64,000 nt of DNA from a virus, in the IMG/VR virus record IMGVR_UViG_3300022752_000026, positions 60,942 through 124,941 of that record. One strand, given 5' to 3'. The notes below the pieces were generated by a model that had not been told where the DNA came from, ran no database searches, and worked only from the letters and a program-made list of their open reading frames with translations. The position numbers and the translations under genes are program-made. Positions 46,057 to 54,074 of the stretch are shown here, in pieces (the first letter of the stretch is position 1; each line of letters starts with the position of its first letter).

Positions 46057-49000
46057 TATGCGGCTCCCTTACGAAGGCTATAAGAAACCTGACGAGAAAC
46101 AATTGCTGCAAGTTCACGCTCGTCCATTCCAGCAGATGGGTTTACAGTTATATTTACCTGTGCACCTAGTCCACCAGATTTTGCGGCAAGTTCATCAATA
46201 ATTGCTCTATCGCGTTTTGATAGTCCAGAAGGGTCAAGTGGTTCAATACGCTCTGGTCGTCCTGCTTCAGCAACGCGAGCAATGGCGCCACCAGCCTGAG
46301 GGAATACAGTTCCACCTTCAGCAAAATTTGCTAAATTGATTCTAGGAAGAGTTGGAACCTTAAATGTATTTCCACCAATACCTGGAACCCACTTAGGAAC
46401 AGTAAAACTAAACTTTGCTACTGAATTATTCCAAGCATCAGAGATAGCATTGATTACTCCAGTAAATGGAGCAACAATTGCCTTAATAGCATTTTTTATA
46501 GCACTAAACGCAGACTCAAATGATTTCTTCATTGAAGCGGCAGCACCTTCGGTGTCACCAGTTAGAAATTGGAATATTCCTTTTATAAAATTATATACTG
46601 CCATAAATGCGTCTTTTACAGCGCCAATGGTGTAGATAATTTTTTGGATAGCACCAGATAAAATACCAATGCTTCTAACAAGAATTCCACCAATAAGTGG
46701 AACAATTGTTACTGCTAAGAAGTCTCCAATTGACTTGAATACATCTCCAAAACTTTTAACATTAGGCATTACTGTTTTTATTGCTGCAAGAATGTCGTTG
46801 AATGCTCCTTTGAGTGCCCCACTAATTGCACTGATAAGAAGATTTATAGACTCTCTAAACTGTTCGCTATTTTTGTAAGCAAGAACCAATATGGCTCCTA
46901 CTGCGACTACAGCAGCGACAATAGCAAGAGCAGGTCCAGTTGCTACACCTATGGTGGTTAGTAAAGTAAACAATCCTCTAAGAGGAGAAAGCAATAGATT
47001 TATTGCACTAAGTGCTGCTTTGCCAAAGAAAGTTGCTGCATTTGCAGCAAGACCAAGAGCAGAACCTATAGGAAGAATCATTGCGCTCCACTCAAGCAAC
47101 TTCTGCCCAAGTGGTGTTTGCAGTAATTCATTTATCTTCACTACTATCAGAGATAGAGTATTAAAGAAGACAACGACTCCACCACTTTGAGTGAGAGTTT
47201 CAATAAGCAAAGCGGCATTTTCTAAGAAAGCGCCAAATGCTGGAGCAGCGTTATTTAGATTACCGCCTATACGACCAAAGGTGTCTACAACCCTGTTGAG
47301 TGAGTCGTAGAACTTACCGAGTCCTGGGTCATCAGCAAGTTTGATGAACTCTCCACCAATATTTCCAAGAAGACTTAAAAGTTTTGTTCCGTTCTCAGCC
47401 GCTCCAGCAAAGAAATCTTTAATAGGCTTTCCATCAATGGTCTCTAGATTCTTAAATCTTCCAGTAGCCTCTTTGAGATAGTCAAGAAGAATCTGTCCAC
47501 CGCTGCCAGGACCTACGTTGGCAGAGATTATTTTGCCAAAACCACCAAAGACATTGCCGATAATCTTTCCTAAGTCTTTGAGGATTCCGCGAGCAATATC
47601 AAACTTCTTTGCTAACTCTCCTGATGCCTCCTGAGCCTTGAGAGTCTCTCTCCAACTAGCAGTTATGTTTGCTGTCCATTTAGCGAACTCTTCTGTAAGA
47701 GGTCTGGCAGCATCAAGAAGTATTAGAACAACTTCATAGAGATTAGAGAAAGCATCTCCTAAGTCAACAATTACTTTATTGCTTGACTTCCAAATTCTTT
47801 CAAGTCTTTCTAAGTTTTCTGCTTTAGTAATAGTGCTAGAAAGTTCTTTTGCTACATCACCTAGAGCACTACCAGTTTCCTTTAGTAGCGGTTTTAGTTT
47901 AGGAAATAGATTTTTTACAAGATTATCAATTGCCTCAGTAAGTTTAGGAAATAGTTCTTCTCCAGCAGCCGCTTTTAGAGCCTTAAACTCGTCCTTGAGG
48001 CTAACAATGTATTTGACAAAGTCCTGCGCTTCTTTAGACAGTTCAGAGAGAGCATCTGCATAAGCGTTTGCTGCTCCACTTTGCTCATCAAAATTTACAT
48101 AATCATTTTTTGCCTCATCACGGGCTTCAGTTGCCTTGCGAGTTGCTTTTTCGGTATCAAGAATTGTTCTCTCAAGTTCATCTTGAGCATCTATCTCGTC
48201 TCGCTTAGCACGAAGAACGTCTTTCTGTCCTGCTGCCTGTTCAGCAACAGTTGCGCCTAACTTAGCGTTATCTGTCTCTTGCTTCTTGAGTTTATTGTTG
48301 TTATCAATAGCGCGACGATAGTTGAGGTCAGCCTCAGCAAAAGCAAGTTCTGCTTCTTTACGAGCACGAGAGTTTGGTGGAAGGTCAGACACACGAGCAA
48401 GATTTTCTCTAGCCTTTTCTAACTCAAGAGCAGCCTTTTGTTCATTAATAGCAGCATCTTCAGATTCAAAAGCAAGTTCTTTAATTTCTTCTTTTGCTCG
48501 CTCAAGGGCGTCCGTATAATTTTCTGTCGCATCGGCTGCTGCTCGTTTTGCTCTAGAAACAGCAAGAGCGCCATTTTCAATGGTGTCGGCAAGATTTTCT
48601 TCAGCATCTTTCCATCGTTTTAATGCTGCTGCTTTTGCTTTATCGTTTGCTGTAGACGCTTTCTGTGCTTTAAGTCCTGCTTGGATTGCTTTACCTACAC
48701 CAGCAAAAGCAAGTTTGGCTGTAATTGCAGCAATACCGACAGCAGTAAAGGCTCCAGCAAGTGCTGCTAGAGCAGGAAGCGTTGCTCCACCAATAACAGC
48801 AACAAGGCTTGTAAGAGTGGTTATAAGGTTTCCAATAATTCCAGCAAGTGCAGTAATTGCTGGACCAAGTGCATAACCAATACGAATCATGCTGCTCAAG
48901 CGCTGACGTGCTTGGTCAGCAGACTTCATAAATGCAGCACTAAATAACTCTCTACGGCCATTTCCAGTGCGATTAAATCCTTTATTGAAAGAGTTTCCTA

Positions 49001-49124
49001 CTCTTTCTCCAGCAGTTGCACCTTGTCTATCTACGCCATCAAATGCTTTTTTGATGTCGCGTTCTACACCCGCTGTGATGGCACGGACAACTACATATGC
49101 GTCACCTACAATATTTGCTGCCAT
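46056..49124 (-). CDS. Tape measure protein (1022 aa)
   Basis: VGDAYV N-terminus, Ala-rich helical/coiled-coil body, hydrophobic segments, FAEGG...AEAGRPE C-terminus. Confidence 0.92.
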   Translation of the reverse strand: MAANIVGDAYVVVRAITAGVERDIKKAFDGVDRQGATAGERVGNSFNKGFNRTGNGRRELFSAAFMKSADQARQRLSSMIRIGYALGPAITALAGIIGNLITTLTSLVAVIGGATLPALAALAGAFTAVGIAAITAKLAFAGVGKAIQAGLKAQKASTANDKAKAAALKRWKDAEENLADTIENGALAVSRAKRAAADATENYTDALERAKEEIKELAFESEDAAINEQKAALELEKARENLARVSDLPPNSRARKEAELAFAEADLNYRRAIDNNNKLKKQETDNAKLGATVAEQAAGQKDVLRAKRDEIDAQDELERTILDTEKATRKATEARDEAKNDYVNFDEQSGAANAYADALSELSKEAQDFVKYIVSLKDEFKALKAAAGEELFPKLTEAIDNLVKNLFPKLKPLLKETGSALGDVAKELSSTITKAENLERLERIWKSSNKVIVDLGDAFSNLYEVVLILLDAARPLTEEFAKWTANITASWRETLKAQEASGELAKKFDIARGILKDLGKIIGNVFGGFGKIISANVGPGSGGQILLDYLKEATGRFKNLETIDGKPIKDFFAGAAENGTKLLSLLGNIGGEFIKLADDPGLGKFYDSLNRVVDTFGRIGGNLNNAAPAFGAFLENAALLIETLTQSGGVVVFFNTLSLIVVKINELLQTPLGQKLLEWSAMILPIGSALGLAANAATFFGKAALSAINLLLSPLRGLFTLLTTIGVATGPALAIVAAVVAVGAILVLAYKNSEQFRESINLLISAISGALKGAFNDILAAIKTVMPNVKSFGDVFKSIGDFLAVTIVPLIGGILVRSIGILSGAIQKIIYTIGAVKDAFMAVYNFIKGIFQFLTGDTEGAAASMKKSFESAFSAIKNAIKAIVAPFTGVINAISDAWNNSVAKFSFTVPKWVPGIGGNTFKVPTLPRINLANFAEGGTVFPQAGGAIARVAEAGRPERIEPLDPSGLSKRDRAIIDELAAKSGGLGAQVNITVNPSAGMDERELAAIVSRQVSYSLRKGAA

Positions 49125-49141
49125 GTGCCATCACCTCCTAA

Positions 49142-49573
49142 TTATCCGAGCGGCGCATCAATGTTCTTGCCAAAAGGCTGTGCTGATTCAGGATTGAACT
49201 CAGTTGGCGGAACATATGGTTTGGTTGGTTGTTTCTTTGGGTCAAATGGAGTTATTCCACTTGTATCAACATCATTGAGTGGTTCATCAACAATGTATGA
49301 ACGGGTAGAGTTTTTAATAAAGACATAGTCTTGGTTATAAAACTCTTTATAAATGACAGTTCTCACTTTTTCTTTGGCTTCTAAATGTTCGCCACTCTGA
49401 GCGGAAAGCATGTCTTCTTCCATGATGAAATGAATGACATCAAGCATGTCACTCATTTCCATCGTAGAAAGTTGTAGGCCACTCATAAGCGCTTTTCCAT
49501 TCACATACGGCCAGAGTTCTACTGCCCACTCTGCGAGTGCTCTGGCCCCGATTGAGGACGGTCTGTGTATTGT
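49142..49573 (-). CDS. Tail assembly chaperone, second (T) ORF, probably made as a -1 frameshift fusion
   Basis: Frame open from 49573, overlapping the upstream chaperone in its -1 frame; the ORF-track GTG at 49504 has no SD; lies directly before tape measure. Confidence 0.7.
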   Translation of the reverse strand, partial: TIHRPSSIGARALAEWAVELWPYVNGKALMSGLQLSTMEMSDMLDVIHFIMEEDMLSAQSGEHLEAKEKVRTVIYKEFYNQDYVFIKNSTRSYIVDEPLNDVDTSGITPFDPKKQPTKPYVPPTEFNPESAQPFGKNIDAPLG

Positions 49574-49866
49574 TCAACTACCCAAGAGGTAATTTCTCCA
49601 AGAGTTTCTACAGTCACAATCTTGTCTGACTCAAGCAAAGCATCAAAACGAACTTTGCTTTCTGCAACAAGAATAGAATTGAAGAAATCAGTAATAACAG
49701 CAGTTGCTGCTGCTTGGTCTCCAGAGCCGGCTTTTTGAACCATGTCAAGAAGAACTTTTCCTTGAACTGCTGGCTTGCAGTGGAATTCCTCGCCATGGAG
49801 TTTGAAAGATAGCGGTTCGGTAACTACAACTCCTCCGTCACCGAAGTCTTTGAATCGTGTTGTCAT
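49519..49866 (-). CDS. Tail assembly chaperone (G ORF)
   Basis: F.LHGEEF.C.P...W.VEQY..RP; two genes upstream of tape measure. Confidence 0.8.
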   Translation of the reverse strand: MTTRFKDFGDGGVVVTEPLSFKLHGEEFHCKPAVQGKVLLDMVQKAGSGDQAAATAVITDFFNSILVAESKVRFDALLESDKIVTVETLGEITSWVVEQYTDRPQSGPEHSQSGQ

Positions 49867-49913
49867 CTTTGTTCCTTATCTTGTGTCGTTTTACTACTTT
49901 TGTAGTAAATATT

Positions 49914-50297
49914 TTACTTGACTAACCGAAGGTTATCTGTGAGATAACGATTAGGTTTGGTTCCAGGATGCATAACAGAATGTGCGTACACAACCGTAGA
50001 ACCTCTCACAAAACGCAAAACCTGAGCCCTATCTGGTGTAATACGGTGCGGTTTTGTGCCTTCGTGATGAGCCAAAGCATAGTTTAGTGGTGAGCCAATT
50101 CTTACAAATTGCCCGCGAGAATCTCGTAAGTGTCGCATGTGTAATGAGTTACGGAGTGCTCCGGTTCTCACACCTACCTGCGCTCTTGCAGCAACAAGGA
50201 CTGCTCTACCCTTTTTTGCTAAATGTCTTCCAACAGGTCCAGAAGGATTATTTAACAAATAATCTAACTCTGCCTTACGAATAACAACTGTTGCCAT
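49914..50297 (-). CDS. HK97 gp10-like tail completion/neck protein
   Basis: VRTG.LRNS, YA..HHEGTKPH.I, V.HPGTKPN.YL. Confidence 0.8.
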   Translation of the reverse strand: MATVVIRKAELDYLLNNPSGPVGRHLAKKGRAVLVAARAQVGVRTGALRNSLHMRHLRDSRGQFVRIGSPLNYALAHHEGTKPHRITPDRAQVLRFVRGSTVVYAHSVMHPGTKPNRYLTDNLRLVK

Positions 50298-50298
50298 T

Positions 50299-50811
50299 TT
50301 ATGGAACCGCCGTAGTTAGTGTAAGAACAGTTGACTGCAACCCACCTTCAGCAGTTCTGGTTTCTACAGTAGCAATAACTCCCATACCAAACCCTGTAGG
50401 TTCCCATGTATCTAATTGCGCAGCACTGTCAAGCAAAATATAGGCATCATAAGCAATAATCTCTGATGCTGATTGAATTGCTTCTGCTGCTGGTGGACGA
50501 CCATTCTGTCCCACCACAGGGATTGCTCTTGTGACAATAACATTTATAGTTGCGCTGCGTGGGTCATTACAGCGACGTGGTTCGTTGGCTTCGTCCCCTG
50601 GAGCACCAACATACATTTGAACAAAGGACACAACAACTTGTTCGCAGTCAAGCGCTGGTTCACCCATTGTGTAATACTGACGCGAAGGAAGCGGCATATT
50701 GTAAGAAGCATAAGAAGAAACAACTTGTCTAAGAATATTATTGAGAAGGGCAGCAAGGTTTTTAGCCCCAGCGTTGACTGATGCTTTATTGATGCTTTGT
50801 GTTGTGCTCAT
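50299..50811 (-). CDS. Putative tail terminator
   Basis: Position between adaptor and neck gene; P..DC.Q..V, EGG near C-terminus. Confidence 0.6.
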   Translation of the reverse strand: MSTTQSINKASVNAGAKNLAALLNNILRQVVSSYASYNMPLPSRQYYTMGEPALDCEQVVVSFVQMYVGAPGDEANEPRRCNDPRSATINVIVTRAIPVVGQNGRPPAAEAIQSASEIIAYDAYILLDSAAQLDTWEPTGFGMGVIATVETRTAEGGLQSTVLTLTTAVP

Positions 50812-50833
50812 TCGTCTCTCCTTTTATCCAACT

Positions 50834-51973
50834 CTACAGTGTGTAGATAGGCTCAACCCTAGTTCCTAGTTGAAGCGACACGTTTGCTGTAAGGAGATTG
50901 ATTACTTCATCTACTGCTGGATTTCCAAGGCTTGGGCGTGTGCAGTAGATGTCATACTGACCAGGCTCTCTTGGACCAAGAATAGAAAGAATTTGGTCAT
51001 AGGTAACTGTAAGTGTTATCTTCTGAGTTGCTCTGTTGAGAACAGCAGCACCAGTCAAAGTCTGTGTTTTTGTGCTTGTGTAGTCAGATACAGTCATAGA
51101 AACTGTCCAAGCATTATCGTTGAGCAAGAAATCTCCGCTAACTTCATCTAAGTAAAGAACAACGCTTCCCCCAGTAGGAAGAACCTTTAGGTCAAAAGCG
51201 GTTTCTGTAAATAGATATGGCTTAGGAGTAATACGACGAGCCTTAGGAACATCTGGGCTAAATACTTTAGAGCGAAGACGAGCATTGTCTGGGTTTGCTG
51301 TTTTCAAAAATAAATCTACTGCGTATAGTCCAGTTCGTCCTTCAGCAATAAAATCTTGATTATCAAGAATTGTGTAAGAGACTCCCTGACGAGAAACAGA
51401 AGTTACACGTTGAGGAAGAGCACATGAGTCATCTCCCTCATAAAGTTTGATGAGTTCAATGGCAAGAATACGAGCCGCATTTTGTCCTGCAACAGGTGGC
51501 TCTGTTCCATATGAATAAGTTATTTCAATGTTTGATGGTGTCCAGTTTGCACCAGGTGTAGCAAGCAAAGTTGAGTGCTCAACTAAGTAATACTTGGTTG
51601 GGTCAATAATTGTTCCGTCAATACTTCTTACAGTATGGATTTTTATTACCTTGCGGCCACGAAGTCTGACGCGGGTACTTGCTGATGTTCCATCGCCAAG
51701 ATAGTCGTCTGGTCCATATGGTCCAGCGCCACCAACACGAATATTTTTTACTTCTCCATCAATCAAAGTTGGAGAGTAGGTGAGAGCAGATGCGCCAGTT
51801 CTTAGGTATGGGTCAAAAGAAGATACATAACGCTCTGTAACAGTTGTTACGCCGTTATATTTACGACCAGACATAGCCCATAGCAAATAAGAAGCGGTTT
51901 TTACGGCATCATAAGCATGATTTGAGTTGGCATATGTGCCTAAATCTTCTACGTTAGTCCATAGATTGCTCAT
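50834..51973 (-). CDS. Head-to-tail adaptor with C-terminal extension
   Basis: AS.LLWA.SGR, ITYSYG..PP, C.LP.RVTSVSRQGVSY, TGL..VD.FL...NP. Confidence 0.8.
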   Translation of the reverse strand: MSNLWTNVEDLGTYANSNHAYDAVKTASYLLWAMSGRKYNGVTTVTERYVSSFDPYLRTGASALTYSPTLIDGEVKNIRVGGAGPYGPDDYLGDGTSASTRVRLRGRKVIKIHTVRSIDGTIIDPTKYYLVEHSTLLATPGANWTPSNIEITYSYGTEPPVAGQNAARILAIELIKLYEGDDSCALPQRVTSVSRQGVSYTILDNQDFIAEGRTGLYAVDLFLKTANPDNARLRSKVFSPDVPKARRITPKPYLFTETAFDLKVLPTGGSVVLYLDEVSGDFLLNDNAWTVSMTVSDYTSTKTQTLTGAAVLNRATQKITLTVTYDQILSILGPREPGQYDIYCTRPSLGNPAVDEVINLLTANVSLQLGTRVEPIYTL

Positions 51974-51990
51974 TTAACCCTCCTGAAATG

Positions 51991-52041
51991 AAAAAGCGGA
52001 CGACGACCATGTATCTGAGACACGGCTGGCACGTCGTCCGC
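51991..52041 (-). terminator. Intrinsic terminator after major tail gene, with extended bulged stem
   Basis: Minus strand gcggacgacg...cgtcgtccgc-ttttt with inner gccgtgt/acatggt stem. Confidence 0.8.
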
Positions 52042-52056
52042 CCTCCTATTTAATTA

Positions 52057-53103
52057 TTACGCTACTGGGTCCTGATTTGAAGCAATGATGAAGTCAATTG
52101 CTTGGTCAGCGTTGTAGTTATCGTTTCCAGGGACGTTATAAGCAGTTGTAGAGCCTTGTGAAGCAAAGTCTGTGACTGCTGAGTAACCACGCTGGCGAAC
52201 TGCTGTTCCAGTTGGCGATACTGCTGCTGAAGTAACGTTTGTTGCTCCAGGCTTTGCGTATGTGAATGTGTTAGAAGTTACGTTTGTGATTGTGTAAGTT
52301 CCATTGAATGTTGAATCCACACCAGCAACAACAACTGTCTGGCCTTGTGAGAAGCCGTGTGTTGTTGTAGTTGTAAGTGTTGCAACTTCAGATGTAAGAG
52401 ACTTGTTGCTGACTACCTTAGATGAGTTATCAAACCAATTGTAGAAGCCCTTTAGACCTGAAGGAGCCCATGATGTGCGAGCGTATGAATATGGACGCTG
52501 TGTTGCTACTGGATACTCCCAGCGGCCATCAAGTCCAACATTGAACAAGGAGTTTCCAAGTCCATAACCTTCAAATGTGTTAGCAAGAAGACCATTTTCA
52601 ATTACGCGGTCTCCAGATTGACGCAACTTGACATATGGGAATACCCAGTAGAAGTATGGAAGAGTAGCGGCACGCTTTCCATCCTTTACTGCGAATGACC
52701 AAACTTCAAGAGCAACACCGTTACCTGCTGGGTCGTCTCCAACTGCTGGTGCAGCCCAACCAATGCTCTGACGGTCAGGTGTTCCAAGTGTTCCAAAGTT
52801 CTTGCGAAGTAGTAAGCCTCCAGACAGAAGTGCGGTCAATTCTGTATCTGGCTCACAAATTGCAAGTTCCATAGTAATTCTTTTTAGTGTGTCGGGTGCC
52901 TTGTATGAGACACAGACTGTTCCGTCTGCCGACTTTTCTACGATTTCATCGCCCTCTTCATATTCTGGGGTGAATGAAGTGCGGAGGAACGCCGAAGTTG
53001 TATAACTGTCTCCCGCTCCATTGAGCAAGTTACCAGCAGCATCCAGTCTGGTGACACGGATTGCTACACCTTGGACGCTAGCCGCATAGTCCTGAGTGGC
53101 CAT
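52057..53103 (-). CDS. Major tail protein
   Basis: RVTRLD..G, EEGDEI..K.ADG.VC, C..D.EL, ALEVWS, YWVFP; follows capsid genes and precedes a terminator. Confidence 0.85.
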   Translation of the reverse strand: MATQDYAASVQGVAIRVTRLDAAGNLLNGAGDSYTTSAFLRTSFTPEYEEGDEIVEKSADGTVCVSYKAPDTLKRITMELAICEPDTELTALLSGGLLLRKNFGTLGTPDRQSIGWAAPAVGDDPAGNGVALEVWSFAVKDGKRAATLPYFYWVFPYVKLRQSGDRVIENGLLANTFEGYGLGNSLFNVGLDGRWEYPVATQRPYSYARTSWAPSGLKGFYNWFDNSSKVVSNKSLTSEVATLTTTTTHGFSQGQTVVVAGVDSTFNGTYTITNVTSNTFTYAKPGATNVTSAAVSPTGTAVRQRGYSAVTDFASQGSTTAYNVPGNDNYNADQAIDFIIASNQDPVA

Positions 53104-53130
53104 TCCATTTTCTCCTTATAAGTTATTGCC

Positions 53131-54012
53131 TTACGCAAGTGCTGGTACAGCGACCCGCATTGCATAATGGCAAGATGGGTCAAAGTATACCGCAGCAGCG
53201 CGTACCGCTTTGATTTTGCTATCGTTTTGTGAGTGACCAACGCCTTGTGCGATTGAGTCATTCACAACTTCTGGTTTGCTTAGGTGAACATCTACAGGTC
53301 CTGTAGCAAACATCCAGCGATTTGTTGCTGATGCTGTGGCATTAGCGTTTCCTACTGGTCCATTTCCTGTATATCCAGAACCAACAATTACGTCAGTTCC
53401 AAGACGAGTCATAACTTTTCCTGGCTTTCCTTCTGGTCCTGGTAGATATACCAATTTTGAGCCAAGAATTGATGCAACATCACGGGTCATATGGATAACT
53501 CCATTTTGACCAGTTGGTGAGTTAGAAAGTGCTTGCTCCAAATGGAACAAAGCATCAGATGCTGAATAAGCACCTGCTGCTGGAATAGTCGCTCTTCCGC
53601 TCTTAGTTAGATAATTGTTTGTGTTTGAATCAGCCTGAGCAGCCTTACCTTCCCAAAGTTCGCGCTCAACTGCCTTCTGTGTTGCTGCCTCAAGTTGCTT
53701 GAGGGCAATCTTAAATCTGTCTTCCCCTAAAATTCCAAATAATGACTGAGCAATCTCTGACTCAATAAAAAATGGAGTGTAATCCAAATAGTTTGGGTCA
53801 GTTGATGCGTTATAAAGTTCGCCATTTGTTACAGTGGCATCGTCAACTGTTAGTAGACGAACTGTTGCGTATGAGTCAAACTCATAAGCAAAGCCACGAA
53901 CCCAGCGCTCGTCATACTGAGCGGCTGTGTGGCTCATTACACGAGCAACGCTCAGGATTCCGCAAGGAGTAAGGGTTAATTCAGGGGCTTCATATATCCC
54001 ACGAAATGCCAT
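53131..54012 (-). CDS. Probable major capsid pentamer protein / second capsid protein
   Basis: RW..G..Y, PF.I, AVERELW.G, L..LEQAL, GVIH, T.LGT.V.VG.GY, W.FATG.V; directly after the MCP as in cluster-B-like actinophages. Confidence 0.65.
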   Translation of the reverse strand: MAFRGIYEAPELTLTPCGILSVARVMSHTAAQYDERWVRGFAYEFDSYATVRLLTVDDATVTNGELYNASTDPNYLDYTPFFIESEIAQSLFGILGEDRFKIALKQLEAATQKAVERELWEGKAAQADSNTNNYLTKSGRATIPAAGAYSASDALFHLEQALSNSPTGQNGVIHMTRDVASILGSKLVYLPGPEGKPGKVMTRLGTDVIVGSGYTGNGPVGNANATASATNRWMFATGPVDVHLSKPEVVNDSIAQGVGHSQNDSKIKAVRAAAVYFDPSCHYAMRVAVPALA

Positions 54013-54074
54013 CTTATTACTCCTCCGAAATCCTGAGCGTTATCGTCTTAATACTTTACTACTTACTATGAATT

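Noticed and set aside
49889-49910. tttactac-tttt-gtagtaaa inverted repeat before the chaperone gene
   Set aside because: AT-rich, weak, no U-tract; function cannot be supported
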